NCBI RefSeq assembly: GCF_009914755.1
Contig: NC_060943.1
Length of the DNA: 64,000 bases
Strand: one strand, 5' to 3'
From: the human T2T-CHM13v2.0 reference genome, Homo sapiens
Part shown: in pieces, positions 41,337 through 56,687 of the stretch
How the letters are laid out: the number at the start of each line of letters is the position of its first letter
How positions within the stretch are numbered: position 1 is the first letter of the stretch
Notes under the pieces: model-generated
Databases searched by the model: none
What the model was told of the DNA's origin: nothing
What the model saw: the letters and a program-made list of their open reading frames with translations, nothing else
Program-made: the position numbers and the translations under genes

Positions 41337-42567
41337 ACTGTAGCAGGTGCTTGGTGGGGACACACTTGGGAGATAGTCAGCGCACAGGGAATTCTCAGGA
41401 TATGACATGATCAATGGCCAGTCAAGGTTTCTGAAATGATATTAATAGATTTTCTATCAGGAATGTGACGGAGACCCCAACCTAGAGTTGTTTAAACAAG
41501 TAAGAGTTCTCTTTATTTCTCATATAGCAAGTTCAGCAGCTCAAAGCTATCACAGAATTGGGTCAGCTCAAAGATATCACAGAAATGCGGTTTTTTTGAC
41601 TGGCCTGTTTTGGTTATAAGATTCCAGCAGCATCTGCTGTCCTAGTGGAACTGCACTTTTTAGTGCAGTTTAGCAGAGGCCAGCTTAGGACACAGAGGTT
41701 CTTTCCCTCCTCCCTTTTATGAAGGAGGAAAATCTCTCCTGAATCTCCTCAGCAGACTTGCTTGTATATCTCTTTGCCAAGAACTAGGTCATATGCAGAG
41801 TTAGTTGAAGTTAAGTTTGGCTGTAAGTAGTAGAAAAACTCTAAATAACAGGGGCTTAAATGAGCTTGAAGTTTCTATCTGACTGATGACCAAAATGTCT
41901 GGTGGCAATCCAGGCTGCTGTGGCACTTCATGGTGTCAGGGTCCCAGGCTCTTACCATTATGCGCTGGTTGTATCCTCCATTCTACCCTCCGTGTCCCCC
42001 AGGTTACCTCAGGTCCCCAAGTTGGCTGCCGAAGCCCCAACCATTATAGCTCCATTCCAGACAGGAAGGAGGGAAGATAAGTGTGACCCCCATCCCTATA
42101 AGTTGCACAAAACATTTCCACTTGGATTTTATTGGCCAGATGTTAGTTTTATAGTCACATTCAGATGCAAAGGCAATTCAGAAATGTCTTTTCCAGGGGT
42201 CATGTGTACAGCTGAAAACCAAGGATTATGAACAGCAGTATAGCCCCATGCAGGAGCTCCTAACTTGGGGATCATCTGCAATTCCCAGGCAGGTCCATGA
42301 ATTTGGATGGCAAAAATAACATCTTTATTTTCATTAACCTTTAACTTACATTTAACTTCCCTTCTGTTATAGATTATAATATCACTATAGTATATCATAG
42401 GTAGCGTTAGCAAAACCTGTGACTTACCAGTGGAAATCAGGAGTTGTGTTCACATGTCATTTCTGCTATTATACATATCTTCTAGTGTTGTTTATGTTCA
42501 CCTCTTTCAAAATTGCGTTCATTATTAGACCTGCTAAGGGGATTCATGGCACCACCCCACCCCTCTA

Positions 42568-42711
<144 letters not shown>

Positions 42712-42714
42712 TTA

Positions 42715-42951
<237 letters not shown>

Positions 42952-43597
42952 TCAAATCCTGGCTTTACTACCAGTAAGCTGTATGCAGTTAAGCTCCCTG
43001 TGCCTTTGTGTTCTCTGCCTCAAGACGGGGGATTCTGTATTTCCCTCATGGGATTGTGAGGGTCAAATGAATTAAAACATTAAAGCCTGGGGCATAGTAG
43101 AGACTAAGGAAATATTTACTGTTATTATTCTGTCATGGTGAAAAAAGGGAAAAGAAACATCAGTGGACCAGCTGCCACGATGTCCTTCTTAATAATCTGA
43201 ACAAAATCAGGATGCTGTCAGTGAGGCGTGGTTGCCACGGCTGCCATTATTAATCTTCCCCTGGTGCTAGGGTGTCCCTGTAGAATGTCATTTTGTACTC
43301 AAGACAACCCTCTGAGGGTAGGTATTCTCATCATCCCCACTTCACAGATGAGAAAATTGAGGCTCAGAAAGGTACAAGGATTGCCCAAGATTCCACAGCT
43401 AATATGTAAGCAGTTTAGCCTTGAACCTGGACAGTGCAGCTCTGTAGTACCACCCTAGGCCATCTTTCTCAAGCATTGATGATGCTGTCTGCCTGAAGAA
43501 ACACTTTTAATGAAACCAAAAGCAGAATCCCAAAGAACAGCAGTGGAAGGAAGGGAGCTCTCTGGATGGGAAAGCAGCCTGATTGTCATGGGCCCAC

Positions 43598-43900
43598 CTC
43601 TTGGGCATCCCCAGCTTCAAGTTGGGGTTCCCACGACCCCCTCTTTGGGTTTGATTAATTTGCTGGAGCGGCTCACAGAACTCCAGGAAACACTTAGGTT
43701 TACCGGTTTATTATAAAGGATATTCCAAAGGATACAGATGAAGAGGTGCATAGGGTGAGCTATGGGGGAAGGGGCGGGGAGCTTTCGTGCCATCCCTGGG
43801 GATGCCACCCTCCAAGAATGTGCATGTTCTGCTATCAGGAAGCTCTCTGAATCCTTTCCTCTTTGGTTTTTATGGAAGCTTCATGATACAAACATTTTTG
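43598..43900 (-). mobile_element. MER21-type LTR fragment (copy 3)
   Basis: gcttcaagttggggttcccacgaccccctctttgggtttgattaa...aaggatacagatgaagag. Confidence 0.72.
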
Positions 43901-44316
43901 CCTAAATGACAGTATGATATTGAAATTGAGTCAGGCTGCCTGGCTTCATTGCTTTCCAGTAAGTGACAGCCTCACCTCTGTGCATCAGTGTCCTCACTCG
44001 CCTCTGTGCATCAGTGAAGTGGGGACGCTGCTAACAATACATACCTCAGAGCAGTTATGAGGATTCAGTGTGTTAATCATCCATGTCAATCACTTGGATT
44101 GCTGCCAAGCACGTAGCAAACAATAAATGTTTGTTGCTATTGTTCTGGCATTTATGATTATGATTATTAATTGTAATTATTCCCTGTACCATCTCATTGT
44201 CCTCAGGGCTGTTGCTCACCTAGTATGGCCCTAGCCCATGTGTATATTTCCCCATAGCTCAGGCTGAGAGAAGAACACACAGATCAACTTGGAGAAAACA
44301 AAGAGGAAAGAAATAG

Positions 44317-44568
<252 letters not shown>

Positions 44569-44720
44569 TAGCCAGGATGGTCTCGATCTCCTAACCTCAT
44601 GATCCGCCTGCCTCGGCCTCCCAAGGTGCTGGGATTACAGGCATGAGCCACTGCGCCTGGCCTCCCCACAGTATTTTATTATGAAAGTTTTCAGACATGC
44701 ATAACTTTGGAAGACTAACA

Positions 44721-44935
44721 CAAGGGTCAGCAGACTACAGTCCATGGGTCCAATTCAGCCCACTGTCTGCTTTTGCAAGTAAAGTTATTGGAACACAGCT
44801 ATGCCTGTTTGCTTCTCTAGTTCTGGTTCTATGGTTGTTTTCAGTGCCACGCAAGCAGAGTTCAGTAGTTAGGTTTGCAAAGCTGAAAATAATTACTGTC
44901 TGGCAATGTATAGAATAAGTTTTGCTGACTTCTAG
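44721..44935 (+). mobile_element. MER58-like hAT-Charlie non-autonomous DNA transposon
   Basis: caagggtcagcagactac...taaagttattggaacacagc...ttttgctgacttct, with imperfect inverted ends. Confidence 0.6.
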
Positions 44936-45739
44936 CATAGTGCAGTGAGCACCTCTATACTTACACCCCAGGTCAGTGATTGTTAGTGTTTGCTATATTA
45001 GTTTTTTATCTTTCTATAGGTCTGTCTCTATATACGTTTTATTTTTTAGCTGAAAATCAGTTGCAGGTTTTGTAGTACTTTATCCTGAGGTCCGTTTAAT
45101 GCCAGAATGGTGAGTTTTTGGACTACCTGTATGAAAGATTTACTGTGTGCATTTTTCTGAGGAGAGACCATCACAACACTTCATCAGATGCTCATCGTCT
45201 GTGATCGCAGAGATATTCTTCAACTCCTGGACCGGAGAACCCAACTCACGCAAGATCTTAGTCACTTGTAGACCTCGTCTCAGTTATGTAGGGCCTCAGA
45301 ACAGAACAGGCTAAGGGAGCTCCTGCTCCTCAACCTCGCCCTGTCCCTACCTGTTCTGCCTCTATCCAGGAAGAAAGGTCCCCCGTGGGACCATTAGTCA
45401 CTCTCCCCCTCATGAAAGCATTTCCTCCCACTCTCACACTCATGAGCTCATTCCATTCTTGTGACAGTGCTGGGAGCTATTAATAATAGGAGAGGCCTCG
45501 TGGTGATGAAGAAATGAGGGGAGAGTTTCACAGTCTGTCCTGCCATCAGAGCAGCTGGCTTTGGATCCCACACTCCCTCGGTGCTTGCTTTGGTAGGTGT
45601 CTTTACCTCTCTGATCGTCACTTTCCAAAGTGGTGAAAAGAGGATATTAGCCATGCTTTTCTTTTAGGATCTGGAGGATCAAATGAGGTCCCAACATGTA
45701 AATGCTTGTTGTGAGATCTATTATGTGTGTTAGCCAAAT

Positions 45740-46435
45740 ATAATAGTTCTCTAGGACTGCCACAGCAAATCACCATGAACTGGGTAGCTTAACACAACGA
45801 ATTTATTCTCTCACAGTTCTGGAGGCCGGAAGTCTGAAATCAAGGTCTCGGCAGGGTTGGTTCCTTTTGGAGGCTCTGAGGGAGACCCATTCCATGCCTC
45901 TCTGGAAGTTAGGACTTCTGGTGGCTCCAGCAATTCCTTGTGTTCCTGGGCTTGTGGATGCATCTCCTGGTCTCTCCACCCATCTTCACATGCGTGCCTT
46001 CCCCTCTGTATCTGTCTTCCTTTCTGTCTCTTAGAAGGACACTGTCACTGGATTCAAGGCTAACCCTCCGTTTAGGATGATATTATCTGGACACACTTAA
46101 CTACGTCTGCAAAGACTGTTTTGACGTGCACGTCACTGGATTCAAGGCTAACCCTCCGTTTAGGGTGATATTATCTGGACACACTTAACTACGTCTGCAA
46201 AGACTGTTTTGATGTGCACGTCACTGGATTCAAGGCTAACCCTCCGTTTAGGATGATATTATCTGGACACACTTAACTACGTCTGCAAAGACCGTTTTGA
46301 CGTGCACGTCACTGGATTCAAGGCTAACCCTCCGTTTAGGATGATATTATCTGGACACACTTAACTACGCCTGCAAAGACTGTTTTGACGTGCACGTCAC
46401 TGGGACATAACTTTTTGAGGCTGCTATTCAGCCTC
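45740..46435 (-). mobile_element. MLT1-type MaLR LTR hosting the 88-bp tandem repeat
   Basis: atttattctctcacagttctggaggccggaagtctgaaatcaagg...aaggacactgtcactggatt...tctgcaaagac. Confidence 0.75.
46044..46403. repeat. Minisatellite: 4 x 88 bp plus an 8-bp partial unit
   Basis: Unit gtcactggattcaaggctaaccctccgtttaggatgatattatctggacacacttaactacgtctgcaaagactgttttgacgtgcac starts at 46044, 46132, 46220 and 46308; only a few substitutions between copies. Confidence 0.97.
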
Positions 46436-47137
46436 CTGTACTGGTGGTATTATTACTACTGCTAATGCTACTCTTGTTTTTGTAGTCATTTTATTACAAT
46501 AATTTTTTTTTCTCTTTGAGACAAAGAGTCTCACTCTGTTGCCCAGGCTGGAGTGTTGTTTGTTCTTTTACAATCACTTAGCCAGCAATCCTGGCTTTAA
46601 ATCCTGCTCCATGTGATCTTAGCTGTCTGACCCTGAGAGGGGCTTTTGTTCCCCGAGCCTGTTTCCCTGTCTGTAAAATGGGACTCCAGCTAGTGACATG
46701 GGTGCAGGTGTGTGGATGTGTTTAGCCGAGGACCGGGCACAGAGGAAGCGTGTTATAAACGTGGCTGCTGCTGTTAAAGTACAGTGCATTGGCATGTTAC
46801 ATGATACTGTGTATAGGAGAAAGTGATGAAGAGAGAGGAGGAGAGGGAGTACAGTTTTCAACAGAGTGGTCCTGGAAAGTGCAACTGAGTAGGTGTCACC
46901 TTCATAAGACCCAAGGGATGCTTTTGCATTTGTTGCTGCTGCCACTACTATTGTTGTTATTTAATGATTCCCTCGAGGTCACAGGGTCTCTTGGTGGGTG
47001 TTTGCCAAATTACTCTTGAGCATCTTCACATGTAACCAAGCAAGGCTTCCAGGGGCTGACTGGGTTGAGAGCTGTCAGAACTCACGCGTGTCTGGGATTT
47101 CTAACATTCTCCCCTCCTCTTCTTGTTCTCTCATTAG

Positions 47138-47323
<186 letters not shown>

Positions 47324-48747
47324 TGAATATCTGCCCTGTGTTAGACACTATGGAGTGGGAAAAGGGATTCAGAGAAGTGCAGTCTTGCTCTAAAAGAATG
47401 GTCTGGAATGATGGAGACAGATGGTGAAAGGGATCTAGAAGCAGGTAGAACGAGGTTTGAGTTGCAGCTCCAACAGTTGGAAGCTGGTGACTTTAGACAA
47501 GTTAGTTTACCTGTTTCTTATATTTTTCATCTGTAGATTGGGATAATCATCCATGTGCCAAAGTGTTGATCTGAGCATTCAATGTTAATAACAATTGCTA
47601 ATACTTATGATATGCTTACTGTATGCCAGGTGGTGTTCTACACCGTATCTTGTGAGGATTGAGTTCATATAAAGTGTTTAGAAAGCTGCCTGTACTCAGT
47701 AAACATACATCACTATCATTTCACCCAGTTGATCTCACAGCAGTGCTTTAAGCAGGTAATACTGCTGTCCCCATGTTATAGATGAAGAAACCAAGGTGTA
47801 GAGAGGTGAAGTGATTCATTTGCCCAAGGTCATGCAGTGAGGAGGTAACTGAGAAGGGATATTTATCTAGTCATTCTGGCCTTTAACTTGACAGCATTGG
47901 TTAATGACTGATTTCAAATCTGAGCTCTACCACTTTCTAGGTGTGTGACTTTGGGCAAGATATTTTACATCTGCCTGCTTCAGATTCTTCACAGGTGAAA
48001 TGGGCATAATTATGTAACCTAACATGAAGACTAAATAAGATACTGTAAAGTGCTTATAACACTGTATAGTACGTGCCGCCTAAGCGATAGCTGCCAGGCT
48101 GTTACTAAGCACTGCTGTTTGTGAGGATGTAGGTAAAGCATTTAATACACTGTCTGACACAGACTGGACCACAATTAATAGTAAATTCTCTGTTATCATT
48201 ATTCCCATTACTACTTCATATTTTATACTTATTACCAGCTGAAATCACAGCTGAAGGTTCAGAGTGCTTTGTCACTAAACTCTTGTGTATGGGAACATCT
48301 TACTTGGACCTAGTGATGATCCTGGGGAGGAAGGAGCTTGAGATTGTTACCCCTCCCCACACTGGACAGATGGGGTATTGGAGCCTAAAGAGGTGCAGTG
48401 ACTCGCCTACAGTGGCACAGCTAGTGACTGAGGGGTGCAGGTGTGTCTGACTGGATGGTGCATGAAGAGTAGGTGTCTGCTCGTATGACACTGAACAAAT
48501 GGCCCCAAACCAGGTGGCTTCTATTGGTGAACTGTTGGGGAGACTTGAAAGCTTTAGAATGCTGAAGCATGGCAGGATAATAAAGTGGTGAAGAAGTTGT
48601 AGAGGAAAAATGTTGGACCTGGGTTTGCAATAAGCAGCTCTGCCACTGACTTGCTAGGAAAACCTGAGTAGGTCACTCCACCTCTCTTAGCCTCATTTCC
48701 CTTGTCTGTAAAGGAGTCTAATAAGAGGAGTACCTAACACTCGGGGT

Positions 48748-49252
48748 GTGTAGGGAAAACTCTGTGACTTTCCTCTACTTTCACACCACAGCAATCATAA
48801 CACAGAACATGACTTCTGTGACCATATGTCTGGGTTTTTTTCCCCAAACTAAGCAGTGGACAGCAGCTGGTTGTCCTCTAATTCAGTTCTGACACGTCTG
48901 CCCAGAGACAGGTTCAGATCCCACAGATTGATAGCTCAGTCCCCAGGACTGTCCCCAGCCCTGACCACCAGTCGCTGGTCCTGTGGAACTTCTGATTGAT
49001 CAGCTTCAAGTTGGGATTCCCACGACCCCCTCTTTGGGTTTGATTAGGCTCATAGAACTCAGGGAAACACTTATGTTTACTGGTTTATTATAAAGGATTT
49101 TGCAAAGGATACAGATGAAGAGATACAGAGAATGAGGTGTGGGGGAAAGGGCCTGGAGCTTCCGTGCCCTCCCTGAGCCCACCACCCTCAAGAACCTCTA
49201 TGTGTTTCACCATCTGGAAGCTCTCTGAACCCTCTGGGTTTTTATGGAAGCT
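48748..49252 (-). mobile_element. MER21-type LTR fragment (copy 4)
   Basis: Colinear with copy 2 from acacagaa...ttctgtgac through ggaagctctctgaacc. Confidence 0.72.
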
Positions 49253-51068
49253 TAATGGCAGAGGGTCCTGAGTGGAACGGAGGCACCAGCCATGTGGAAC
49301 TCTGTGGGAAGAGCATTTCAGGCTGTGGGGAGAGGCAGATGTAAGCTCAGTGTGTTGGAAGAATAGCAGTGAGGTAGCCATGGGTTGAGCAAGATTGTTA
49401 AGGGAGAGTGAGACTAGGACATGAGGTTGGAGAAGAACAGTGACCACAGTATGTGAGATCAGGTTTCTTTGAAACTATTGGCAGATTGAAATGAAAGAGT
49501 GTCGGGATTTCTTTTACACCTGAAAGAGTCACTCTGGGGTCTGGGAGATCAGATGGTGTAGGGGCAAAGGTGGAAGCAGGAAAACCAGGTAAGAAGCTGT
49601 TGCAGTCTCCCAGGCGACAGCTAGTGATGATCAGAGTGACCTTAGTTTGGGAGGGTTGACAGGCTTGGCTCAGAAGGAGCTGCCAACCCTTCCAAGAAGG
49701 ATAGTTCTCTGTGGATTGGTGGAAAGACAAGGTGCTGGCAGTTCCCAGGTGTTTGGCCTTCAGCAGCATTGCTTGGCTATAAGGTCTAGACTGGAGATAA
49801 AGATGAATAAGAATTGAGTCCGTGGATACGCATAAGGTCTTCAGGAGACAAAGAAAACAGGGAGGGTGGTTTTAACTGTGTGCAGAGGGAGCCAGGGAAA
49901 CTGAGGCTGGGAACGAGCCTAAGAACAGTGTAGCTGGAGTCACATTGGCGAGAATTTATTTATTGAAGGAAGAGGCAGAGATACTAACCCTCCTACTGGG
50001 CCCTGTGCTGAGCTCTTCAATGAAAGCATTTATTTCCCTTTAGTCTCCGAACAACCCTATGAAGTGAGAACAGCCCTGTGGTGATTTAGGGGATGACAAA
50101 GGCTCAGAGAGATGAAGTGAGCTGCTGTATAAGCAGCCAACAGTAAAGCAAGATTTGAACCTACCATAAAATGGAGATGATGATAATGACTCCTTAAATG
50201 AGAGGGTTGTGGTAAGGAGGTGATGCAGAAGTTGAACCCACCACTTACACTCACACCCCTTTGGCCAGAGCAAGGTTACGTGGCCTTGCCAACTGCAAGG
50301 GCGTCTGGGAAATGCAGTCGGCTGCTGGATTGCCATACACCCAACTTAAATGCAGGAGGTTTAAGTGCCAATAGATGCCAGGGATATTAGCAGCTTGTGC
50401 TGTGCAGAGATCAGCAGTTCCCACTGCCTCAGGGATGAGAGGATGGAGCTTAAGAGAGAGGCCTTTGGATGTGGGCATTAGGGACAGAACGGATTTTCCC
50501 TTCACATATTCATTCTTTCAGCAAACCTGAATTGCTGTCTGTCTGTGCTCAGCTCTGGCAGGAACTGGGGCACAGAGAGGAGCCAGTCCTGGGCTCGCTG
50601 ATTATAGCCTATGTTAAGGATGTGGTAAAGGTGGCATGGAAGGAGAGAGAGACTGAGCCCAGAGAAGGTGTAGCGGACATCCTAGAAATCTTCCAAGAAG
50701 GGGCGGCTAAACTGAATCTCCAAGGATAAAAATAAATTTCTGGCAGAGGGAACAGTGCTGAGGGGAGAAGCTGGACCCCAAAAAAGCTCTCGTTGACCAT
50801 GCTCTGCGCTTTATACACCTAGTCATATTTGCTCCTCACTGTAACCGTTGCTACGAGGGAGGGATGGTGAACACCATTTTACAGACGCAGAAGCTGGGAC
50901 TCAGAGAGGTGGAATCACTCAGTCAGTATTTCACACCCGCTAGAGGGCAGAAGCAGGACTTAGGGCTCTCTTATCCCAGCCAAGCCTGTACCTTAATATC
51001 TGTGGCAGCCCAGGTGGAGAGTGGGGGAGCAAGTGGGCGGATGGAAGAACTGAGTGCTGACAGCCTGA

Positions 51069-51293
<225 letters not shown>

Positions 51294-53306
51294 TAGGGTC
51301 GGCCCATGGTCCTGCCGGCCTAGGGCAGGGAGGGGAGCGTGTCAGAGAGCGTGGGGATCACGTCAGAACAGCCGGGCCATGGACATCCGCTTTAATCCAA
51401 CAAGTCAGGAGTGGCTTTTAATATCGTGAACTCAGGGTGCAGTTATCATCCTTTCTGTTTAGTGGTCAGGTAGGTGCCCAGTGCCAGGCCTTACCTGGGA
51501 TTCTACATAGGGCTGTGGGTTTAGAGTCAGGTTGGGTTCTACTGCTTATTTGCTGTGTGACTTGTAAGAGAATTACTTACCCTCTCTGTGCTGTACCTTT
51601 CTCATCTGCACAATGGGGTTATGAAAACCTTTTTAAATTACCTTGAAGAGCCCTAGCACAGTACTTGGCACTTAGTAGGTACTAACCGATGTTAACTGCA
51701 ATTGTCATTATTGTTGCTGTGACATCATATCCAGCCTTTGGGGTAGGAGGGATTCCCTGTTTATGGGTGAGCCACCTGGAGCACTGAGAGGTTAAGCGTC
51801 TCTTCAGATTGTATGACTAGTAGATGGCAGAGCTGGGATTCTTGGTCTGTCCATTTGACTGTCTGCCAGGTCCCCACCCCACTGCCTGCCTGTGTGTCCC
51901 GTGCTAGGTGATGGCCAAGGACACAAAGATGGGCCAGATCCCAACAAGCAGCGTTGTTTGAGAGAAGATGATCTGGGAAGGCAGACCGTACAGGTTACCT
52001 AGTCCCCTGGTTTTCACTGTTCTCAGAGTGCTGGGCCACTGCTGCTGCCTCTGCCTCTGCCCCACTCCCCCAGTGATTGTGTATTTCACTGTCGCTAGAG
52101 ATACAATGTGGCACCGGCAGTTGATGGTGTATTAGTTAGCAGCAGCCTTTCTCCTAGCTCTAGTGGTGTATAAAGAATGGTGCTTATCATTGTTGGGATC
52201 TTGGGATTTGAGTAAATATAACAATTTGTTTCTTCCCAAATAGCATTATGTAAAGAAACTTGATAGTTACCATTAAATTCGGATATCTCAGCCTTCATCT
52301 GGGCATATGTGTATAATTTGTGCGTATGGACACACAGAAAATTGTATACAAATAGATCGTTTCATACATTTTACACAAAACAGGGCTTAACATGAGCATG
52401 ATGAGGTTTGGGGGCCAGCCTAGAAGGGGTTCCTTGAATTTCACAAAATTATCTGTAGCCCCTGCCTGGTATTTGTCAGGTGGAACTTCTGAGCAGTGAA
52501 TTCATAGCTTTCAGTAGCTTCTCAGAGGACTTAGGAGCAGAAGACATTATTTTTATGAAACCGCAAGGCTTCAACAAGGGCCCCCAGGGTCTGCAACTGA
52601 GGTTGGGACTCAGGCTTGCTGTGGAGCTGGGCTGGGACCCAGGGATCCTTCTCCTACCTGGCCAGGGTCTCCCAACAGAACATTCTCAGTGAGGAAAGTC
52701 CCAGTCAAGCCACGCTTCCTTTTGGGAAGCAGTTCCCTGTGACCGATGTGCCTGACGTTCATGTCAGCCAGCAGACACATCCTGGGGCTGTCTGGGCCAG
52801 GCAGTGCTGGAAACCAGAGAAGAGTTAGATCAGAATAGCTTGTGCTTGCTCGTTGCCTGCAGTGCACATCCCAAGAGCCTTACACAGTTGTATACTGATG
52901 TTAGCTGTATTGCCCAGATGAGGAAACTGAGGCACAGGCAGATTTAAGTGAATTGTCCGAGCTGGGAAGAGGCAGAGTCCAGATTCGATCCCAGGCCCCT
53001 AATTCTTAGCCACTCCTATGTGCTATCCTCAGAGGGCTCCTGGTTGCTTTCAGAGCTGTAAACAAGGGAGGCAGGGGGATCCTTAAACCCAGGGAAGGCG
53101 CCTAACCTGCTTAGGTGGGATGGGAAGTTGTCAGGGAAGGCTTCCTGGAGGAGGTGGCTGTTAACCTGGATTTTGACAGGTTATAAGAAATAGAAAATGG
53201 CTTTGTGTAGTTTCTTCATTCCACAAACATTGAGCAAGGTCTCTAGGCTATGGAAACCCAGAGATGTGTCAGACCCACTCCCGGCCCTTGCTCTCAGCAG
53301 TGGTGA

Positions 53307-53973
<667 letters not shown>

Positions 53974-54689
53974 TGAGCCACCGCATCCGGCCAGCAGTTC
54001 CTAACTCTTTTGGAATTATGGATCCCTTTGAGAATCTGTTAAATTCTGGACCCTCTTCTTATAAAAGTACACAGGATTTTAGGCGGTTCACACTCTTCCC
54101 TACCCTGTGTGGTCTCCAGGTTTGAGAACCCTTGCCCCCAGACTTCACAGAGAGGCTTCACAGTAGTGAGTCTTCACTGTGCAAAGGCATCAATTGCAGT
54201 TTCTTAAATGTGTACCTTCCTGGGCCCTGCCTCCAGATATTCTGATTGTTTTGGTCCATGCTGGGATAGGCCTCCGGGTGATTCTGCTGCAGGGTGGTCA
54301 GGGATCATCCTTTGAGAACTACTTCCTGCAGTAACCTACAGGAGAAGAGAACCTTGGCTTACATAATTACTGCTCAGCCTCTGTCCCAGGCCTCCTTATA
54401 ACAGATTGCCGTAAGTTCCACCGGTAGTCACTTGGCAAGTGTTGATTGAGTACCTTCTCTGTGCCAGCCCAGGTGGTGGGAGAACTGAGGTGAACAAGAG
54501 GAACTCTGTCCCTGCAGTATCCCAGTCACACCGCACCTATGGTCACACTCCCATGATACTGTCCTGAACTTGAGACGTCACGATAGCATGAGGACCTGTG
54601 ACAGTGACATTATGCTGGCTTGCTTAGTATTACATTTTTCCTTTGAATCATTCATTGCAACTATTTTTAAATGCTATTTTTAAACATTT

Positions 54690-55030
54690 GTTTTTATTCT
54701 TAGTTTTACTGTAAAAATATACATAGAATGTGCTATTTTAATTATTTTAAAGTGTGTAGCTCTGTGGCAGTAGGTTTATTCACATTGTGCAGCCATTATC
54801 ACCCTCCATCTCCAGAATTTTTCACCTCCTCAAACTGAAATTCCAAACCCATTGGACATGAGCTCCCCCTTCCCTCTCCCCCAGCCCCTGGCAGCCACCG
54901 TAGGAGTTTGACTGTTCTAGATTCCTCATATAAGTGGAATCAGAAAATATTTGTCTTTATGACTATTAGCTAATTTCCCTTGGCATAACATCTTCAAGGT
55001 TCATCCATGTTGTAGCATGTGTTACATGAG
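54690..55030 (-). mobile_element. Old L1 (L1MB-like) 3' end fragment
   Basis: ccctccatctccagaatttttca...cccccagcccctggcagccacc...cctcatataagtggaatca...caaggttcatccatgttgtagcatgt. Confidence 0.8.
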
Positions 55031-56369
55031 ACTTCTCACATACAAGATTCTTGAGTTTTTTTGAGGGCTGCATTTGGAAAACCAGATTTGCTTATTGCCA
55101 GCTGCATTCTCCCATAGTGACAGTCCTTGGAGCTGGGGAGCACCTGCCCTCCCTGGGCTACATGCCCTCCAGGGTGCCACAGTGCCTGCCTCTTCCTATT
55201 CATGCCTCCTGCCACCCCTGCCTGTCACCTTGGCTGATGGCATCATTCTGTTACTTGACTGAGCCCTGGAGGCATTTCCATTTATGATTTTTTTTTTCCT
55301 GCTTTAAATACCTGTCAGCCCAAGTTGAATTTCAGATCAGAGACCTCCACACCTTTATTTGAACATATTGGGATAAGTTGAGTCTCCCTTCAGTAGGTCA
55401 CTAATTAAGAGTTCCTGTCTTGTGCTAAGAGTGCTGCTGGGCTCTGGGGATACAGTGGAGAGCCAGTCGTATGTATCTGAAGGAGCACAGTCATTCTAGG
55501 CCCACAGTAACAACCAGCGAGCAGTCCCGAGCCCCATAGTCCCCCAGAAACATGAGATCCCAATTCAGTCACCAGAGCTGTGTGTAACTGTTCATGGGAA
55601 GCTTAGGTCAGGTTTTCGATCCTGACCTGTAGCTATTACTAGCTTGGGCAAGCCAGGCTGTACCTCAGTTTTCTCTTCTTTTTTTTTTTTTTTTTTTTCT
55701 TTTTGAGACGGAGTCTCGCTGTGTTGCCCAGGCTGGAGTGCAGTGGTGCGATCTCGGCTTACTGCAGCCTCTGCCTCCCGGGTTCAAGGATTCTTCTGCC
55801 TCAGCCTCCCGAGTAGCTGGGATTACAGGTGCGCACCACCACACCCAGCTAATTTTTTTGTATTTTTAGTAGAAACGGGGTTTCACCATATTGGCCAGGC
55901 TGGTCTTGAACTCCTGACCTCGTGATCCACCCGCTTCAGCCTCCCATAGTGCTGGGATTACAGGCGTGAGCCACTGCGCCCGGCCCGTTTTCTCTTCTTT
56001 AAAATCAGGACTTGCTTTATAGAATTCAGTGAGGAAGAACAAGCACCCCTGGTACAACACGGAGGTCCTGCCTAGTACACACAGTGAGTAGATGTTCTAC
56101 ACAGTGTCAGTGATGATCATTGCACTTTGAGAGGCTAAGAACTTTCTCCTCAGAAAGCAACGTGTGTAATTTTAAGGTTTATGGACCCCAGTGAAACTCC
56201 TTCAAGGACCCCTAAATAAGAACCTTTGTGGAAGGCACGCTGACAGAGACCTTCTGCTGGCTGGCATAATATTACGTTTTTCCTTTGAGTCATTCATTGC
56301 AACCATTTTTAAAGGCTATTTTAATGAAGGTCGGGATGGGTAATAGGGAAGTTTTCTCTGAGGAGATGA

Positions 56370-56687
<318 letters not shown>

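Noticed and set aside
46044-46403. CRISPR-like array (regular period with a palindrome)
   Set aside because: Whole units are repeated with no unique spacers, there are no cas genes, and the context is a eukaryotic LTR; it is a minisatellite.
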